63,988 nt of DNA, filler included, from Limisphaerales bacterium (GCA_044225505.1; 3 parts of 3 records of this genome joined end to end with filler, not necessarily neighbours in it); one strand, 5' to 3'; shown: positions 1 to 10,667, counted from the whole stretch's first letter. Translations and numbers: made by a program. Notes: generated by a model from the sequence alone, not told the origin.

Positions 1-67
1 TTTCATCTGTTTCCAGATAAGCGCAGTTCCCCTCGGATCCGCTGCCCAGAATGGTGAGGCGAGTCAC
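1..67 (-). CDS. MBL-fold metallo-hydrolase (YycJ/WalJ-like), N-terminus only; runs off the left edge
   Basis: Manual translation from GTG at 67 gives MTRLTILGSGSEGNCAYLETDE, the typical LGSGSxGN start of MBL-fold hydrolases. Not in the ORF track. Confidence 0.75.
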   Translation of the reverse strand, partial: MTRLTILGSGSEGNCAYLETDE

Positions 68-170
68 ACGCTCGACCTTACGCCAAGCAAGCAGATCCCG
101 GCAACTGTTTTGGAATCAAACCATTGAGGACGCACGAGCGACTGGGTGTCGAGGGCTAGCAAAGGCCACG

Positions 171-188
171 ATGCGAAATCTGTGCCAA
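171..188 (-). promoter_or_regulatory. sigma-54 (-24/-12) motif, reverse-oriented relative to rpoN
   Basis: Minus strand reads TTGGCACAGATTTCGCAT: TGGCAC at -24 and exact GG-N10-GC spacing. Confidence 0.55.
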
Positions 189-240
189 CTTCTGACTTCG
201 TTCTTGAGATCTTAGAGGATCCGTCTAAGATCGAGCATCG

Positions 241-1731
241 ATGGCTCAGGGCTTACATTTATCACAGAAGATGGCGCTCTCGCAGGTGCTGGCGCCACAA
301 CTCCAGCAGTCGCTGGCCTTGTTGCAGGCGCCGACCTTGGAGTTGAAAGCACTCATCGAGCAGGAGCTGCAGCAAAATCCCGTCCTTGAAGAGGGGATGA
401 CCGCCGAAGCTGAACAGGAAAACAAAGCGCAGGAGTCGAATGTTCCAGACCAGAGCGATCCCGCGGAACCTCCTGCGGACGTCACGTTTGATCCTGCGAC
501 CGAGAAGCCAAGTGGACCGGCCGACGACTTTCAGGCGGAATTTGAAAGACTCGCTCAACTCGATCAGGAGTGGCGAGACAACTTTTCCCAGAACAGCGGT
601 CCTCAACGGTTCAGTCAAGAGGACGAAGAACGTCGCCAGTTCATGTTCGATTCGCTCGTGGCGGACACTTCGTTGCAGGAAACCTTGCTCGAGCAAGTTC
701 GATTGTCCGACCTGAGCCCGGAGCAGCGGCCGATCGCAGAAATGATCATCGGAAACATCGATGACTACGGTTATCTCCAAGCTTCCTTGGATGAACTGGC
801 GTTCTCGACCAACATCCCTTCAGAGCAGATCGCAAGCGTTCTCAAGGTCATCCAGAGCTTTTACCCCCCGGGTGTCGGAGCCCGCGACCTGCGCGAATGC
901 CTCCTTCTCCAGCTCGAAAGAGCCGATCGGAAGGAAACCCTCGAGTATGGGATTATTGATAAGTACTTTGACGCCTTGGGGAAACGTCGATTGCCAGAGA
1001 TTGGGCGCGGTTTAGGACTGACCGTCGATGAAGTCCAGAATGCGGTAGAACGAATCAGTCACCTTGAACCCCGACCCGGCCGCGCTTTCCTCCCGGACAA
1101 CGACCAGTACATCTTGCCAGAAGTATTCGTGCAAAAAGTTGGGGAAGACTGGGTCGTGACGAGCAACAACGAGCAAGTTCCCCACTTGCGCATCAGCAAC
1201 ACTTACAAAGATCTGATGTCGCAAGCGGATAGCTCCAGTGAAGTGCGCGAATATATTCGAGAGAAGATCCGGGCCGGCAAGTTCTTGATCAAAAGCTTGC
1301 ATCAGCGTCAGCAAACGATCTTGAACATCGCCAAGGAAATCGTCCATCGACAACGCGAATTCTTGGAAAAAGGGGTCGCCCATCTAAAACCACTCACGAT
1401 GCTTCAGATCGCGGAAGTCGTGGGGGTCCACGAAACCACCGTCAGCCGGGCGGTCTCCGGGAAATACATGCAAACGCCACGCGGGATTTTCGAGATGAAG
1501 TACTTTTTCACCTCGGGGATCAAGACGGCCAGCGGCGTCGGCATGTCCAATACCTCGGTAAAAGACATCATTTCCGAGATGATCAAGGAGGAAAACCCGG
1601 GCAAACCGCTCTCCGACGAAGAAATCGTCAAACTCCTTGCCGACAAAGGCATCGTCATCGCTCGCCGCACCGTCGCCAAGTACCGATCAGAGCTGAATAT
1701 CTTGCCGTCCCACTTGCGTAAGATTTACTGA
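241..1731 (+). CDS. rpoN: RNA polymerase sigma-54 factor
   Basis: Region I LAPQLQQSLALLQ, HETTVSRAV helix-turn-helix, RpoN box ARRTVAKYR. Confidence 0.98.
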   Translation: MAQGLHLSQKMALSQVLAPQLQQSLALLQAPTLELKALIEQELQQNPVLEEGMTAEAEQENKAQESNVPDQSDPAEPPADVTFDPATEKPSGPADDFQAEFERLAQLDQEWRDNFSQNSGPQRFSQEDEERRQFMFDSLVADTSLQETLLEQVRLSDLSPEQRPIAEMIIGNIDDYGYLQASLDELAFSTNIPSEQIASVLKVIQSFYPPGVGARDLRECLLLQLERADRKETLEYGIIDKYFDALGKRRLPEIGRGLGLTVDEVQNAVERISHLEPRPGRAFLPDNDQYILPEVFVQKVGEDWVVTSNNEQVPHLRISNTYKDLMSQADSSSEVREYIREKIRAGKFLIKSLHQRQQTILNIAKEIVHRQREFLEKGVAHLKPLTMLQIAEVVGVHETTVSRAVSGKYMQTPRGIFEMKYFFTSGIKTASGVGMSNTSVKDIISEMIKEENPGKPLSDEEIVKLLADKGIVIARRTVAKYRSELNILPSHLRKIY

Positions 1732-1803
1732 ACGACGCTTGGTGATTGATTCACCCTCGATCCTCAACCCGCGCGACGCCTGCAAGATTGCGCGGATCAC
1801 TTC

Positions 1804-3579
1804 TTAAGTCGCGAACGCCGTCATTTTATCATCGTCGGCCGATTCGAGCAGCGTTGAGGCTGGAAGCCGTTCGGTCGTCATCAGCAAAGCCAACACTTGC
1901 TCCCGGGTCAGGGTATCCTGAACGAGAAGGGCTTCCGCGAGTCTGCGAGTGTTCTCGCGCTGGGCAGCGATAATCTGACGCGCCTCCTCGCAAGCACTCG
2001 AAAGCAACATGTTGATCTCACGCTCGGCGTCCTGCTTCTCCGGTTCGTAATAGAGCTTTTGCCCCATTCCCCAATCATGAATCATTTTGCGCGCAATGTT
2101 TTTGGCGGACTCCAAATCGCCATGAGCACCATTGGTCATGTCGCCGCAGAATGCTTCCTCGGCAGCGCGTCCTCCCATCAGGACCGCCAATTGTTCCAGG
2201 AGAAACTTGCGACCATGAATGTTCTGATCTTGATGAGGTAGGACGGTCGTTGAACCGAGCGCCTGGCCGCGCGGGACGATGCTGACTTTGTGCAACGGCG
2301 GGAGCAATGTCTTCTGCAGGTAGATAATGGCATGCCCAGCTTCGTGGAACGCCACCACTCGTCTTTCCCCTTCTTGAAGCACCATGGATTTGCGTTCTTT
2401 CCCGAAGCGAACCTTGTCCCGTGCTTCTTCAAGCTCGGCCAAGCTGATTGTCTTGCGGTTACGCAACGCCGTCAGGATGGCCGCCTCGTTGATCAAGTTT
2501 GCCAAATCAGCCCCGGACATGCCCGGCGTGGTCTGCGCAATAATATCCAGCGCGGTCTCTTGGGCCAGCATTGGCGTTCTCTTCCCGTGAGTTTCCAAAA
2601 TCGCCCGGCGCCCCTTCGCGTCGGGCAATGGAACATACACTTTCCGATCAAATCGCCCCGGCCTGAGCAGAGCTTCGTCCAAGTCTTCGGGCCGGTTCGT
2701 CGCCGCGACGACGATAATCCCTTCGGCGCTCTCAAATCCGTCCATGGCGGTGAGCAGCGCATTGTTCGTTTGCTGCATTTCGCCGTTTTGATCGAGTTTC
2801 CGGTGTTTCCCCAGGCAATCGATCTCATCGATGAAAATGATGGCCGGCTTGCTCTTCCTGGCTCGGCGGAACAACTCGCGGATTCGGCGTGCGCCAACCC
2901 CCACATAGATTTCGGTGAAATCGCTGCCACTGGCGCTGTAAAAACTGGCGTTTGCTTCCCCCGCGATGGCTTTGGCCAACATGGTCTTTCCGGTCCCGGG
3001 AGGTCCGATCAATAGAATTCCTTTGGGCAGAGTCCCCCCCAACCGAGTGTATTTGGTCGGATCCCTCAGAAAGTCGATCACTTCTTGAACCTCGGACTTG
3101 GCCTCGTCCACGCCAGCAACATCCTGGAATCGAATGGATGGGCGATCATGGACCATTTGAGCGCTCCTCCCCTTTCCCAAGTTCACCTGGTAAGCGACCA
3201 ACCCAAGCACCAGAGTGAGAACGACAAGGGTCGGAACCATGTCTAGAATCTTGGCGCGTGTACTGATTCTAGGCATCTCCAACTTGATGTTCGGCCCAGA
3301 GAGTAAATTGGTGAGTTGCCCTTCAGTCAGATGCGTTGTGATTGTAAATTCGGTCTCGCCCCGACGCGGTTTCTGGGTGTAGGTGCCTTTCACTGTATAG
3401 ATATCGCCAAAACTCCGGGGCACAATTTCCGCGTTCAAAATCGCCTTTTCCCCTAGCAATCGCTCCAATTGACGCAAGTTTATCTCTTCGGGAACCAGTT
3501 TCGCACTCGGAGTCAACGCGAGCAGCACGCCGAAGGCAGCGAGGACGATGATTAAAGCGTAACGGAAATGGTTGGACAT
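1804..3579 (-). CDS. ftsH: ATP-dependent zinc metalloprotease FtsH family (paralog)
   Basis: Two N-terminal hydrophobic segments, Walker A GPPGTGKT, Walker [22 protein letters not shown], zinc motif HEAGH. Confidence 0.93.
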   Translation of the reverse strand: MSNHFRYALIIVLAAFGVLLALTPSAKLVPEEINLRQLERLLGEKAILNAEIVPRSFGDIYTVKGTYTQKPRRGETEFTITTHLTEGQLTNLLSGPNIKLEMPRISTRAKILDMVPTLVVLTLVLGLVAYQVNLGKGRSAQMVHDRPSIRFQDVAGVDEAKSEVQEVIDFLRDPTKYTRLGGTLPKGILLIGPPGTGKTMLAKAIAGEANASFYSASGSDFTEIYVGVGARRIRELFRRARKSKPAIIFIDEIDCLGKHRKLDQNGEMQQTNNALLTAMDGFESAEGIIVVAATNRPEDLDEALLRPGRFDRKVYVPLPDAKGRRAILETHGKRTPMLAQETALDIIAQTTPGMSGADLANLINEAAILTALRNRKTISLAELEEARDKVRFGKERKSMVLQEGERRVVAFHEAGHAIIYLQKTLLPPLHKVSIVPRGQALGSTTVLPHQDQNIHGRKFLLEQLAVLMGGRAAEEAFCGDMTNGAHGDLESAKNIARKMIHDWGMGQKLYYEPEKQDAEREINMLLSSACEEARQIIAAQRENTRRLAEALLVQDTLTREQVLALLMTTERLPASTLLESADDDKMTAFAT

Positions 3580-3630
3580 TACTCAGCGGTTCGGGGTTTC
3601 GACTTCAGTCGTATCCGGGTTTCAAAGGTC

Positions 3631-3646
3631 GGCAGAAACCATGCCA
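3631..3646 (-). promoter_or_regulatory. sigma-54 promoter motif upstream of ftsH paralog
   Basis: Minus strand TGGCATGGTTTCTGCC (GG-N10-GC), about 50 nt upstream of the ftsH start and in the same orientation. Confidence 0.6.
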
Positions 3647-3712
3647 CCCCGCCGATTGGCACTAACTCGACAGACTCGACGCCGAAAAGCTGGGATGATC
3701 CGGCGCCAATCG

Positions 3713-4564
3713 CTACGGAGTGGCAGCCTTGGGGGAAGCCAAGAGGAAATGGCGAAGTTCAGCCAACTTGTCCGTATTGATTAGGTCCACGTGGGCTGCG
3801 AGCATCTCGCCCCACACCTCGCTATGGTCTGCGGTTCCCCAGAATCGCAACATCCGACCTTGCGCATGTGCTTTGGACACGAAACTGCGGAGAAGCACCG
3901 CGTCGGAATCTGGCAGGGGTCCCCGGCCTCGCCAGGCAAAAAGAGACTTCCAATCTTCGCTGACCAACGGAATCAAGCTTACAGGGTCCCCCCCATTTAG
4001 ATCCGCTGGCCGACCGTCCAGGGCGGCGAAACGGATGGGCTGAGCTAACAGGGCGGCCCGCGACCGGTTTCCTGAGACAATGGCTGTGATCGCGTTTGTC
4101 TCGATGGCATTCTGAGTAAACCTCGTCAGTATGTTGGTGTACTGAAGCAAGACTTCATGCAAGGCCGCATAGGTTTGTTCCGCCTCCGATTTGACGTCGA
4201 TCAGCAGGACTATCGGGGGGCCCCCTTTGTAAACACGCCCGCCATTCCGTTGAACTCGTTCGCGCAGTGGATCCAGGTAAAGCGCTTGAAGGGTCCTCTC
4301 GGGGCGGACCTGCGCTCGGTCATGGGCCACTAGTAACTGTCCGGAAACCAAGTAGATATCGGCTTCGACACTGCAAAACCCATTGTCCAGCGCCTCGAGG
4401 AGCGGGCGGGTCTGCTCATAGTCATTGTGAGAGTGCGCCTGGCGCAATGGGTCAACCGCGAGCTTGGCGTCGGCCGCGCGACTGAGAACAGGCGCGGCCC
4501 AAAGCACGCAGACACCGAGAATGGAAAGGAACTGAATCATGTTCTTGGCTTTGAACTCTGACAT
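3713..4564 (-). CDS. secreted PI-PLC/glycerophosphodiester phosphodiesterase-like protein
   Basis: Signal peptide, AHSHNDYE, SVEAD, LLIDVK and DLINTD motifs. Confidence 0.85.
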   Translation of the reverse strand: MSEFKAKNMIQFLSILGVCVLWAAPVLSRAADAKLAVDPLRQAHSHNDYEQTRPLLEALDNGFCSVEADIYLVSGQLLVAHDRAQVRPERTLQALYLDPLRERVQRNGGRVYKGGPPIVLLIDVKSEAEQTYAALHEVLLQYTNILTRFTQNAIETNAITAIVSGNRSRAALLAQPIRFAALDGRPADLNGGDPVSLIPLVSEDWKSLFAWRGRGPLPDSDAVLLRSFVSKAHAQGRMLRFWGTADHSEVWGEMLAAHVDLINTDKLAELRHFLLASPKAATP

Positions 4565-4629
4565 TCCACCGCAATCGCTTTGACAGACCCCTCTTATTGC
4601 CTAACCGTGCTCCCCATTGAGTTGGTCAT

Positions 4630-5598
4630 GTGCGTTGCAGCATCTTATCCAAAACAAATTTGAGTTCCAGCCAAACCACCACCCCTGCACCCAGAGGCCT
4701 CGTTCTCCTGGCCTTTGCCGCCATTTACCTAATTTGGGGATCGACCTACCTGGGCATTCGCTTTGCCGTCGAGTCGATTCCGCCTTTTATGCTGGGGGGC
4801 GGCCGGTTCCTTTTCGCGGGCGGTCTCCTCTATCTTTGGCTTCGCCGCCGTGGAGCTCCAGGCCCTTCGCCAGCCGATTGGAAAAACGCGTTGATCGCCG
4901 GAACGTTGCTCCTCGGCATTGGCAATGGCGGCGTGAATTGGGCGGAGCAGAGGGTCCCCTCCAGCTTGGTCGCTCTCGTCATCGCCATTACGCCGCTCTG
5001 GTTTGTCCTGTTCGAGTCGCTTCGTCCGGGCGGAGCATGGCCAAACCGGGGAACAGTGATTGGGCTTGTGATTGGGTTTGGGGGATTGCTCTGGCTCATT
5101 CGTCAACGAGATGGAGTGGTGGGTGAACGGATCGACCCGGCAGGTTTGGCGTCCATTCTAGCCGCTAGCGTCGCCTGGGCTCTCGGCTCCATCTACTCCC
5201 GCTACACACCCAAACCTGAACCTGCGCTGATGGGAGGGGCGCTCCAAATGTTGGCTGGCGGCAGCGTCTTGATGTTCGTTGGAATTATTTCGGGCGAAGC
5301 GGACCGCTTTTCTTTTTATCAGGCCTCCCACCGATCCCTGGTCGCGTTCACTTACTTGACTTTAATCGGCTCGCTGGTCGGTTTCACCGCTTACAGTTGG
5401 CTGCTTAAAGTCAGCACGCCGGCGCGCGTCTCCACCTACGCCTATGTTAACCCGGTGATTGCCTTGTTTCTCGGCCGCGTTTTCGGAGGGGAACTGCTGA
5501 CTCCAGGCTTACTGCTGGCCGCCGCGATCATTCTCGCTGGAGTCATCATCATCAGCACCACTACCAATCGCCCGTCCGCCTCGAAGATAGACTCCTGA
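4630..5598 (+). CDS. EamA/DMT family transporter (YedA-like)
   Basis: IYLIWGSTY motif, about 10 TM segments, STYAYVNPVIA. Start uncertain. Confidence 0.92.
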   Translation: MRCSILSKTNLSSSQTTTPAPRGLVLLAFAAIYLIWGSTYLGIRFAVESIPPFMLGGGRFLFAGGLLYLWLRRRGAPGPSPADWKNALIAGTLLLGIGNGGVNWAEQRVPSSLVALVIAITPLWFVLFESLRPGGAWPNRGTVIGLVIGFGGLLWLIRQRDGVVGERIDPAGLASILAASVAWALGSIYSRYTPKPEPALMGGALQMLAGGSVLMFVGIISGEADRFSFYQASHRSLVAFTYLTLIGSLVGFTAYSWLLKVSTPARVSTYAYVNPVIALFLGRVFGGELLTPGLLLAAAIILAGVIIISTTTNRPSASKIDS

Positions 5599-5634
5599 TC
5601 GCACCAGGGGACCCCATCTCTGCATGCGCCAAAA

Positions 5635-6618
5635 TCAACGCGTGGTCTCACGGTTTCGAAGCGCGGCAATTTCCTCGCGGTTGCATTCCCAGACGAGGTT
5701 GGACGCCAGCGACTCTTTCTTAACCGCGCGAAACTCGGCGGGTAACCGGCGCTTGGTGAGCCGCCGCTCGGTCAACCCGGCCTCGGTGCAGCCTAAAAGC
5801 AAGGCAAACGCCTTGTAAACACGAGGTCGGCCAAGGACCCGCACCGCACCATCAACCATAGCCGGGCAAAACTTGCGATCCAGCACGAGAAAACTCACCG
5901 GCAAGCTTCTCAGATCGATTCCCGTGACGGTGGCGAAGCGTCCCCAGTTCGGGTCCGTGAATACCGCTGGCGGAGGTGGAGCAAAATGATGGCACCAATG
6001 CGGGCTCGCCGGGGTCGTCATCACCCCGCAAGCTCCCTGATGCGGACATGGAGCGACAAGTCGAAAAGTCTGACGCAAATCCTCCCGCAAGCGACATAAC
6101 CTTCGACTGATCTCCGAAGTCCCTGGTTCCACCCAAAGAACAGTCTGCGCTCGGTTGACCAACTCCAGCAACGCGTTCACTTGCGCTTCGTCGAGTTCGC
6201 TGAGCACGTGGCTCAGGAGCAAGGTGTTAAACGGCGCATCCGCCCCGGCAATCGCCACGGGAACTGCGGGGCATTTCATCTGGGCTCGTTTCCGGGCGAA
6301 TTCAGCCGCCAGATTGGATCGATCGGCCAACAGGAGGCTCGCGCCAGCGCTCAGGCCGAAAGCTCCCACAAACGCGCGCCCGGCCACCCCGCTGCCGCAC
6401 CCCCAGTCCAGGACATTCCCAGGAGGCGGTGCCCAACCAAGCTCCCGCAAGTCTTTTAGGACGAAATCCCACTTCCATCCGATGCGTTGGGCAAAGGTTT
6501 GATCGTAGCTCTCGAGATCCGATTCGCACCGCCAGTAGTCACTCGCTCCCGCCGTGCCCTGGAGATAGGCCTCGCGCAGACGATTTAGAGCCGTCCAATC
6601 GATTTGCTCCCATTTCAT
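5635..6618 (-). CDS. Rsm22/METTL17-like SAM-dependent methyltransferase
   Basis: VLDWGCGSG motif I, SHVLSEL, VEPGT, APCPHQGAC...WCHH; 4-nt overlap with upstream gene. Confidence 0.8.
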   Translation of the reverse strand: MKWEQIDWTALNRLREAYLQGTAGASDYWRCESDLESYDQTFAQRIGWKWDFVLKDLRELGWAPPPGNVLDWGCGSGVAGRAFVGAFGLSAGASLLLADRSNLAAEFARKRAQMKCPAVPVAIAGADAPFNTLLLSHVLSELDEAQVNALLELVNRAQTVLWVEPGTSEISRRLCRLREDLRQTFRLVAPCPHQGACGVMTTPASPHWCHHFAPPPPAVFTDPNWGRFATVTGIDLRSLPVSFLVLDRKFCPAMVDGAVRVLGRPRVYKAFALLLGCTEAGLTERRLTKRRLPAEFRAVKKESLASNLVWECNREEIAALRNRETTR

Positions 6619-7850
6619 GATGTCGCCAGGGCCGACGGACCCGCCTCGAGCAAAGAGTCCAGCCGATGGTGCCGCAACCCGAAAAAGGCTTTCAGCTCCA
6701 AGATTTGCGCGCGAATTGCCAGGTCACCAAACGGCGGCCGCTGTCGCACTGCGGCGATCATGAGATTCTTGGGAGTGTGTTCCGACGCCACGAACTCGAT
6801 CAACTTCGTGCGATATCCGGCCCATTCTAAGAAGAGCGCCCGGAGCCCGTCGGTCGTCCATTCCGCGAGCCGTTCGGCCATGATGCCGTGTTTGAGCACC
6901 GGCGTGAACGGAGGAGGATTCCCGAATTCCGGGCGCAGCTCTTTGTGGCAACAGGGGGCCACCAGAATCAGTTCGGCGCCCAGTTGGATGCCTCGCGTTA
7001 TAGCATCGTCTGTGGCCGTGTCACACGCGTGAAGCGCAATCAAAGCGGACGCCGCCGAAACTGGCACCGACGAGATATCGCCTTGAATAAACTGAAGATC
7101 CACCGCGCCGATCGATTGCGCTAACGCGTGGCTCGTTCGGGTAAGATCCTCTCGGACATCGACGCCCAGGACACGGACAGGCAATTTCCAGATCCGTCGG
7201 CAAAGATGCCACAAACCAAACGTCAAATATCCCTTTCCACAGCCCATATCGACGACCGTCTTCACGGCGTTGGGTTCGGAACCAAGTCCTTCGACCCATC
7301 CCAAATCTTTCGCCAAGTGAGAAAAAATCTCGAGATAACGACGAATCTGAGTGTGCTTGTCGGCCATTCCGGGTTTGGGAAATCCGCGCGCGTTGGTGAC
7401 ACCCAATCCGCAAAGCCAGTCTTGCGCCGAAGCGTCGAGCAACGTCTGATGCCGTTGATCGTGTTCGCGGGAGGGAGCGGTCTTCACCGACGGTTTGTGT
7501 CGAATCAACCGGGGCCGGGCCGAGCCGCGTGTGGTGAACTGCCAATCTCCGCGTGTGGTGCAGAGCAAGGCATTTGAGAAAGGCGACCCCAGCCGGCTTA
7601 ATACCCAGGGCACACTCTGGGCAATCGCAATATTTTCCACCACGTCGCGCGTGGCAAAATGCGAGGTCAAGGAGAGATGTGGCACTTGTTTTAGCTCGAT
7701 ACAACGCCCGGTCACTCGAATGACACCATCGTTGGCGGGTTCGGGCGACGAAAGGACCAGTCGCACAAAGGTTCGCTGAGCTAGGCTATCCGCCAAGCGC
7801 TGGCCTAATTGTTGAGCAGGTTCAGAATCGGTCAAGGGTTCGTGAATCAC
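6615..7850 (-). CDS. SAM-dependent methyltransferase (Methyltransf_32-like)
   Basis: VVDMGCGKGYLTF, ALHACDTATD, APCCH, EHTPKN motifs. Confidence 0.88.
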   Translation of the reverse strand: MIHEPLTDSEPAQQLGQRLADSLAQRTFVRLVLSSPEPANDGVIRVTGRCIELKQVPHLSLTSHFATRDVVENIAIAQSVPWVLSRLGSPFSNALLCTTRGDWQFTTRGSARPRLIRHKPSVKTAPSREHDQRHQTLLDASAQDWLCGLGVTNARGFPKPGMADKHTQIRRYLEIFSHLAKDLGWVEGLGSEPNAVKTVVDMGCGKGYLTFGLWHLCRRIWKLPVRVLGVDVREDLTRTSHALAQSIGAVDLQFIQGDISSVPVSAASALIALHACDTATDDAITRGIQLGAELILVAPCCHKELRPEFGNPPPFTPVLKHGIMAERLAEWTTDGLRALFLEWAGYRTKLIEFVASEHTPKNLMIAAVRQRPPFGDLAIRAQILELKAFFGLRHHRLDSLLEAGPSALATS

Positions 7851-8044
7851 GTGACCGCAGTTTGACCTTCCAAACCACGGAAGGCAAACACGACCTCATA
7901 AAGAAAGCCTCCCCCCAAGACTGGATGCTCACCCCGTCCCCTGCTCGCTTAAATAAAACGGTTCTTATCCCGATGCATTCCGCGTCAAATTCGCTTGCCT
8001 GTACGTCTCCCAGCCACGAATCTCAACAAAAATCCCGCATCGCT

Positions 8045-8953
8045 ATGCCAGGACTATTCTACAGACCTCTCGGACGGCGTGAATTCCTCAAACTCTCGTC
8101 TCGGACTGTTCTTGGGAGTGCGCTCGCCTTATCCACGCTGACGCCACGAACGCTTCAAGCCGACAGCAGTGCCGCGTTGCGGTTGGCTCTCCTGTCAGAT
8201 ACCCACGTGGCCGCTGATCCAAAAAACGAAAACCGAAAATTCCTACCTTGGGACAATTTGCAGAAAGCCGTCTCCGAGGTGTCTGCCATTGGACCTGACG
8301 CAGTGTTGCTGAACGGCGACGCGGCGCGTCTCACAGGCGAGGTCGAAGACTACCAGGCCGTTCGTTCGCTGCTTCAACCGTTAGCTGAGAAGTGCCCTGT
8401 CTGCATCGGCATGGGCAATCATGACAACCGGGAAAACTTTCTCAAGGTATTCACCGAGTCGCCAGCCGTGAAAGCGAAAGTGGCGGAAAAGCACGTGCTC
8501 ATCCTGGAGCAACCTGTTCTGCGCGTAATCCTGCTCGATTCATTGTTCTATGTGAACAAGGTCGCTGGATTGCTTGGGAAAGGGCAACGCGACTGGCTCG
8601 ACAAGCACTTGGCAAGCAGCGACAGCCGCCCCACCGTGATCTTCGTCCACCACACCCTCGGCGATGGCGATGGAGAGCTGTTGGATGCCGACGCTCTGCT
8701 CCGCGTGGCGCGCCCCTATCCAAAGGTCAAAGCGATCTTCTACGGGCATTCGCACGAGTATTCCTACAAACAGGACCATGGGATCCACCTCGTTAACCTC
8801 CCCGCGGTTGGCTACAATTTCTCCGACAAAGAACCGGTCGGATGGGTCGACGCCCGCTTTACCGCCACGGGCGCAGATCTGACGTTGAAAGCATTCGGCG
8901 GTAACCTGGCTCAGAACGGCCGCACCACCTCATTAGCCTGGCGCCAGGTCTAA
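8045..8953 (+). CDS. Tat-exported calcineurin-like metallophosphoesterase
   Basis: RREFLK Tat motif; SDTH, NGD, GNHD, HH and GHSH metal motifs. Start moved to ATG 8045. Confidence 0.88.
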   Translation: MPGLFYRPLGRREFLKLSSRTVLGSALALSTLTPRTLQADSSAALRLALLSDTHVAADPKNENRKFLPWDNLQKAVSEVSAIGPDAVLLNGDAARLTGEVEDYQAVRSLLQPLAEKCPVCIGMGNHDNRENFLKVFTESPAVKAKVAEKHVLILEQPVLRVILLDSLFYVNKVAGLLGKGQRDWLDKHLASSDSRPTVIFVHHTLGDGDGELLDADALLRVARPYPKVKAIFYGHSHEYSYKQDHGIHLVNLPAVGYNFSDKEPVGWVDARFTATGADLTLKAFGGNLAQNGRTTSLAWRQV

Positions 8954-9121
8954 CGGCGCGCATCGAGGTTCTGGAGTCTTAGCGGTGCGACGAGGTCGAA
9001 GGCCAATCTCACGGTTCATCGCTCTCCACAGCTCCCTCCCCAGAGGTTGCATCGTTTCTTGCCCCGTGAAGCTTCGCTCAGGGTCGTTGCGCTTGGCGTC
9101 GTTTCGAGCCACTATACGGGA

Positions 9122-10405
9122 GTGGGAGGTCGATCCGTCATCATCATCGGCGCTGGCGCAGCGGGCCTCGCGGCTGCGTTTGAGCTGGCCCACACCGGCC
9201 ATCAAGTTCGAATCCTGGAAGGACGAAACCGCATTGGCGGACGGTTACATACCATTCGCACGTCCCAGGGCGCTCTTCCTATCGAACTCGGTGCCGAGTT
9301 TTTACACGGAGAGAATGTGCCCACGTGGAGATTTGTACGCGCGGCCAATCTGGCAACGCACGAAGTGCCAGACCGGCACTGGGATTGCCGCCACGGCCGG
9401 CCGAAAGAAGATCCAGCGTTCGCTGACGCACTTTCCCCGCTGACGGATCCACAGCGCCTGCCCGCTGCGGATCTGACCTTCAATCAGTTTTTAGGAACCG
9501 TGCCCGATCTGAGCGATGAACAACAGCGTCGCCTGCTAGAGTATGTCGAAGGATTTCACGCTGCGGATCCAGCTCAGATTAGTGTTCACGCCATCGCCGC
9601 GGCAGAAAAGGCCGCTGCTGAACTGGAAGGGAGCCGACAGTTCCGCATCACTTCCGGGTATCAAGCCTTGGTCGCGTGGTTTGCTTCCCAACTAACACAA
9701 GATTCCGTTCGATTGCACATGCATTGCACAGCGAAATGCATTCGCTGGCGCCCAGGGTCGGTCGAAGTCGATGTCGAAGAAGGCGAACAGAAAAACACTT
9801 ACCCAGCGGATGCCGCGATCATTACGGTCCCGCTAGGAATTCTACAGGAAAATGCCGCGGAGAATCGACTGCATTTCTCACCAGCACTCGGGGCCCATCG
9901 CGAGGCCCTGAATGCGCTCGCGTTCGGGAATGTGACCAAACTCATTCTGCAGTTTCGGAAACGGTTTTGGCCGGAAGAGAACTTCGGTTTCCTTCACTCG
10001 TGTGATGAATGGTTTCCAACGTGGTGGGCGGATGAGCGTGGATTCTTGCTCACCGCCTGGGCAGGAGGGCCACGAGCCGATCTGCTCGCAGCTCGGGACG
10101 AGAGTTTTGCCAAAACTCAAGCTATGCGAGCGTTAGCCACTATGTTTGACACCCCTCCATCCCACCTGGAAAACGAACTGGAAGCCATCTTCACGCACCC
10201 TTGGGCTCGCGACCCGTTCTCCCGAGGCGCTTATAGCTACGTTCGAGCGGGTGGCGCCGGGGCCGTTGAGCAACTCGCCGAACCTATCTCCCAGACTCTG
10301 TTCATTGCTGGAGAAGCGACCGCTCCCCATGGCCAACTCGGAACCGTTCATGGCGCCCTGGAAAGCGGACGACGTGCCGCCCTCGCCCTCCTCCGATCCC
10401 CGTAG
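9122..10405 (+). CDS. flavin monoamine oxidase family protein
   Basis: IIGAGAAGLAAA FAD motif, GGR, ELGAEF, FSRGAYS, AGEAT...GTVHGALESG. Likely GTG start at 9122. Confidence 0.9.
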   Translation: MGGRSVIIIGAGAAGLAAAFELAHTGHQVRILEGRNRIGGRLHTIRTSQGALPIELGAEFLHGENVPTWRFVRAANLATHEVPDRHWDCRHGRPKEDPAFADALSPLTDPQRLPAADLTFNQFLGTVPDLSDEQQRRLLEYVEGFHAADPAQISVHAIAAAEKAAAELEGSRQFRITSGYQALVAWFASQLTQDSVRLHMHCTAKCIRWRPGSVEVDVEEGEQKNTYPADAAIITVPLGILQENAAENRLHFSPALGAHREALNALAFGNVTKLILQFRKRFWPEENFGFLHSCDEWFPTWWADERGFLLTAWAGGPRADLLAARDESFAKTQAMRALATMFDTPPSHLENELEAIFTHPWARDPFSRGAYSYVRAGGAGAVEQLAEPISQTLFIAGEATAPHGQLGTVHGALESGRRAALALLRSP

Positions 10406-10667
10406 ACCCTCCGGAGATGTGGATGAATTCAGGACAGGCGGGAAGCAATAAAGCCGCTTGCGGGCAGTGAACGGTCGGCGGCCAAGGCGCTGGTCTTGAG
10501 ACAAGTCAGGATTCGGCGTCGAATCAGCCGTTGCCAGGGCCACTTTAGGGCCTTCCAGCCCGTCTAGCGCAAGTCTCCCTGCAGCTGTGCATGATTCCTG
10601 CTCAAGCGCACTCAACACGGCCGCCTTGGGCCCGCGAACTTGCATGGGCTTCCCGGAACCGTGACAC

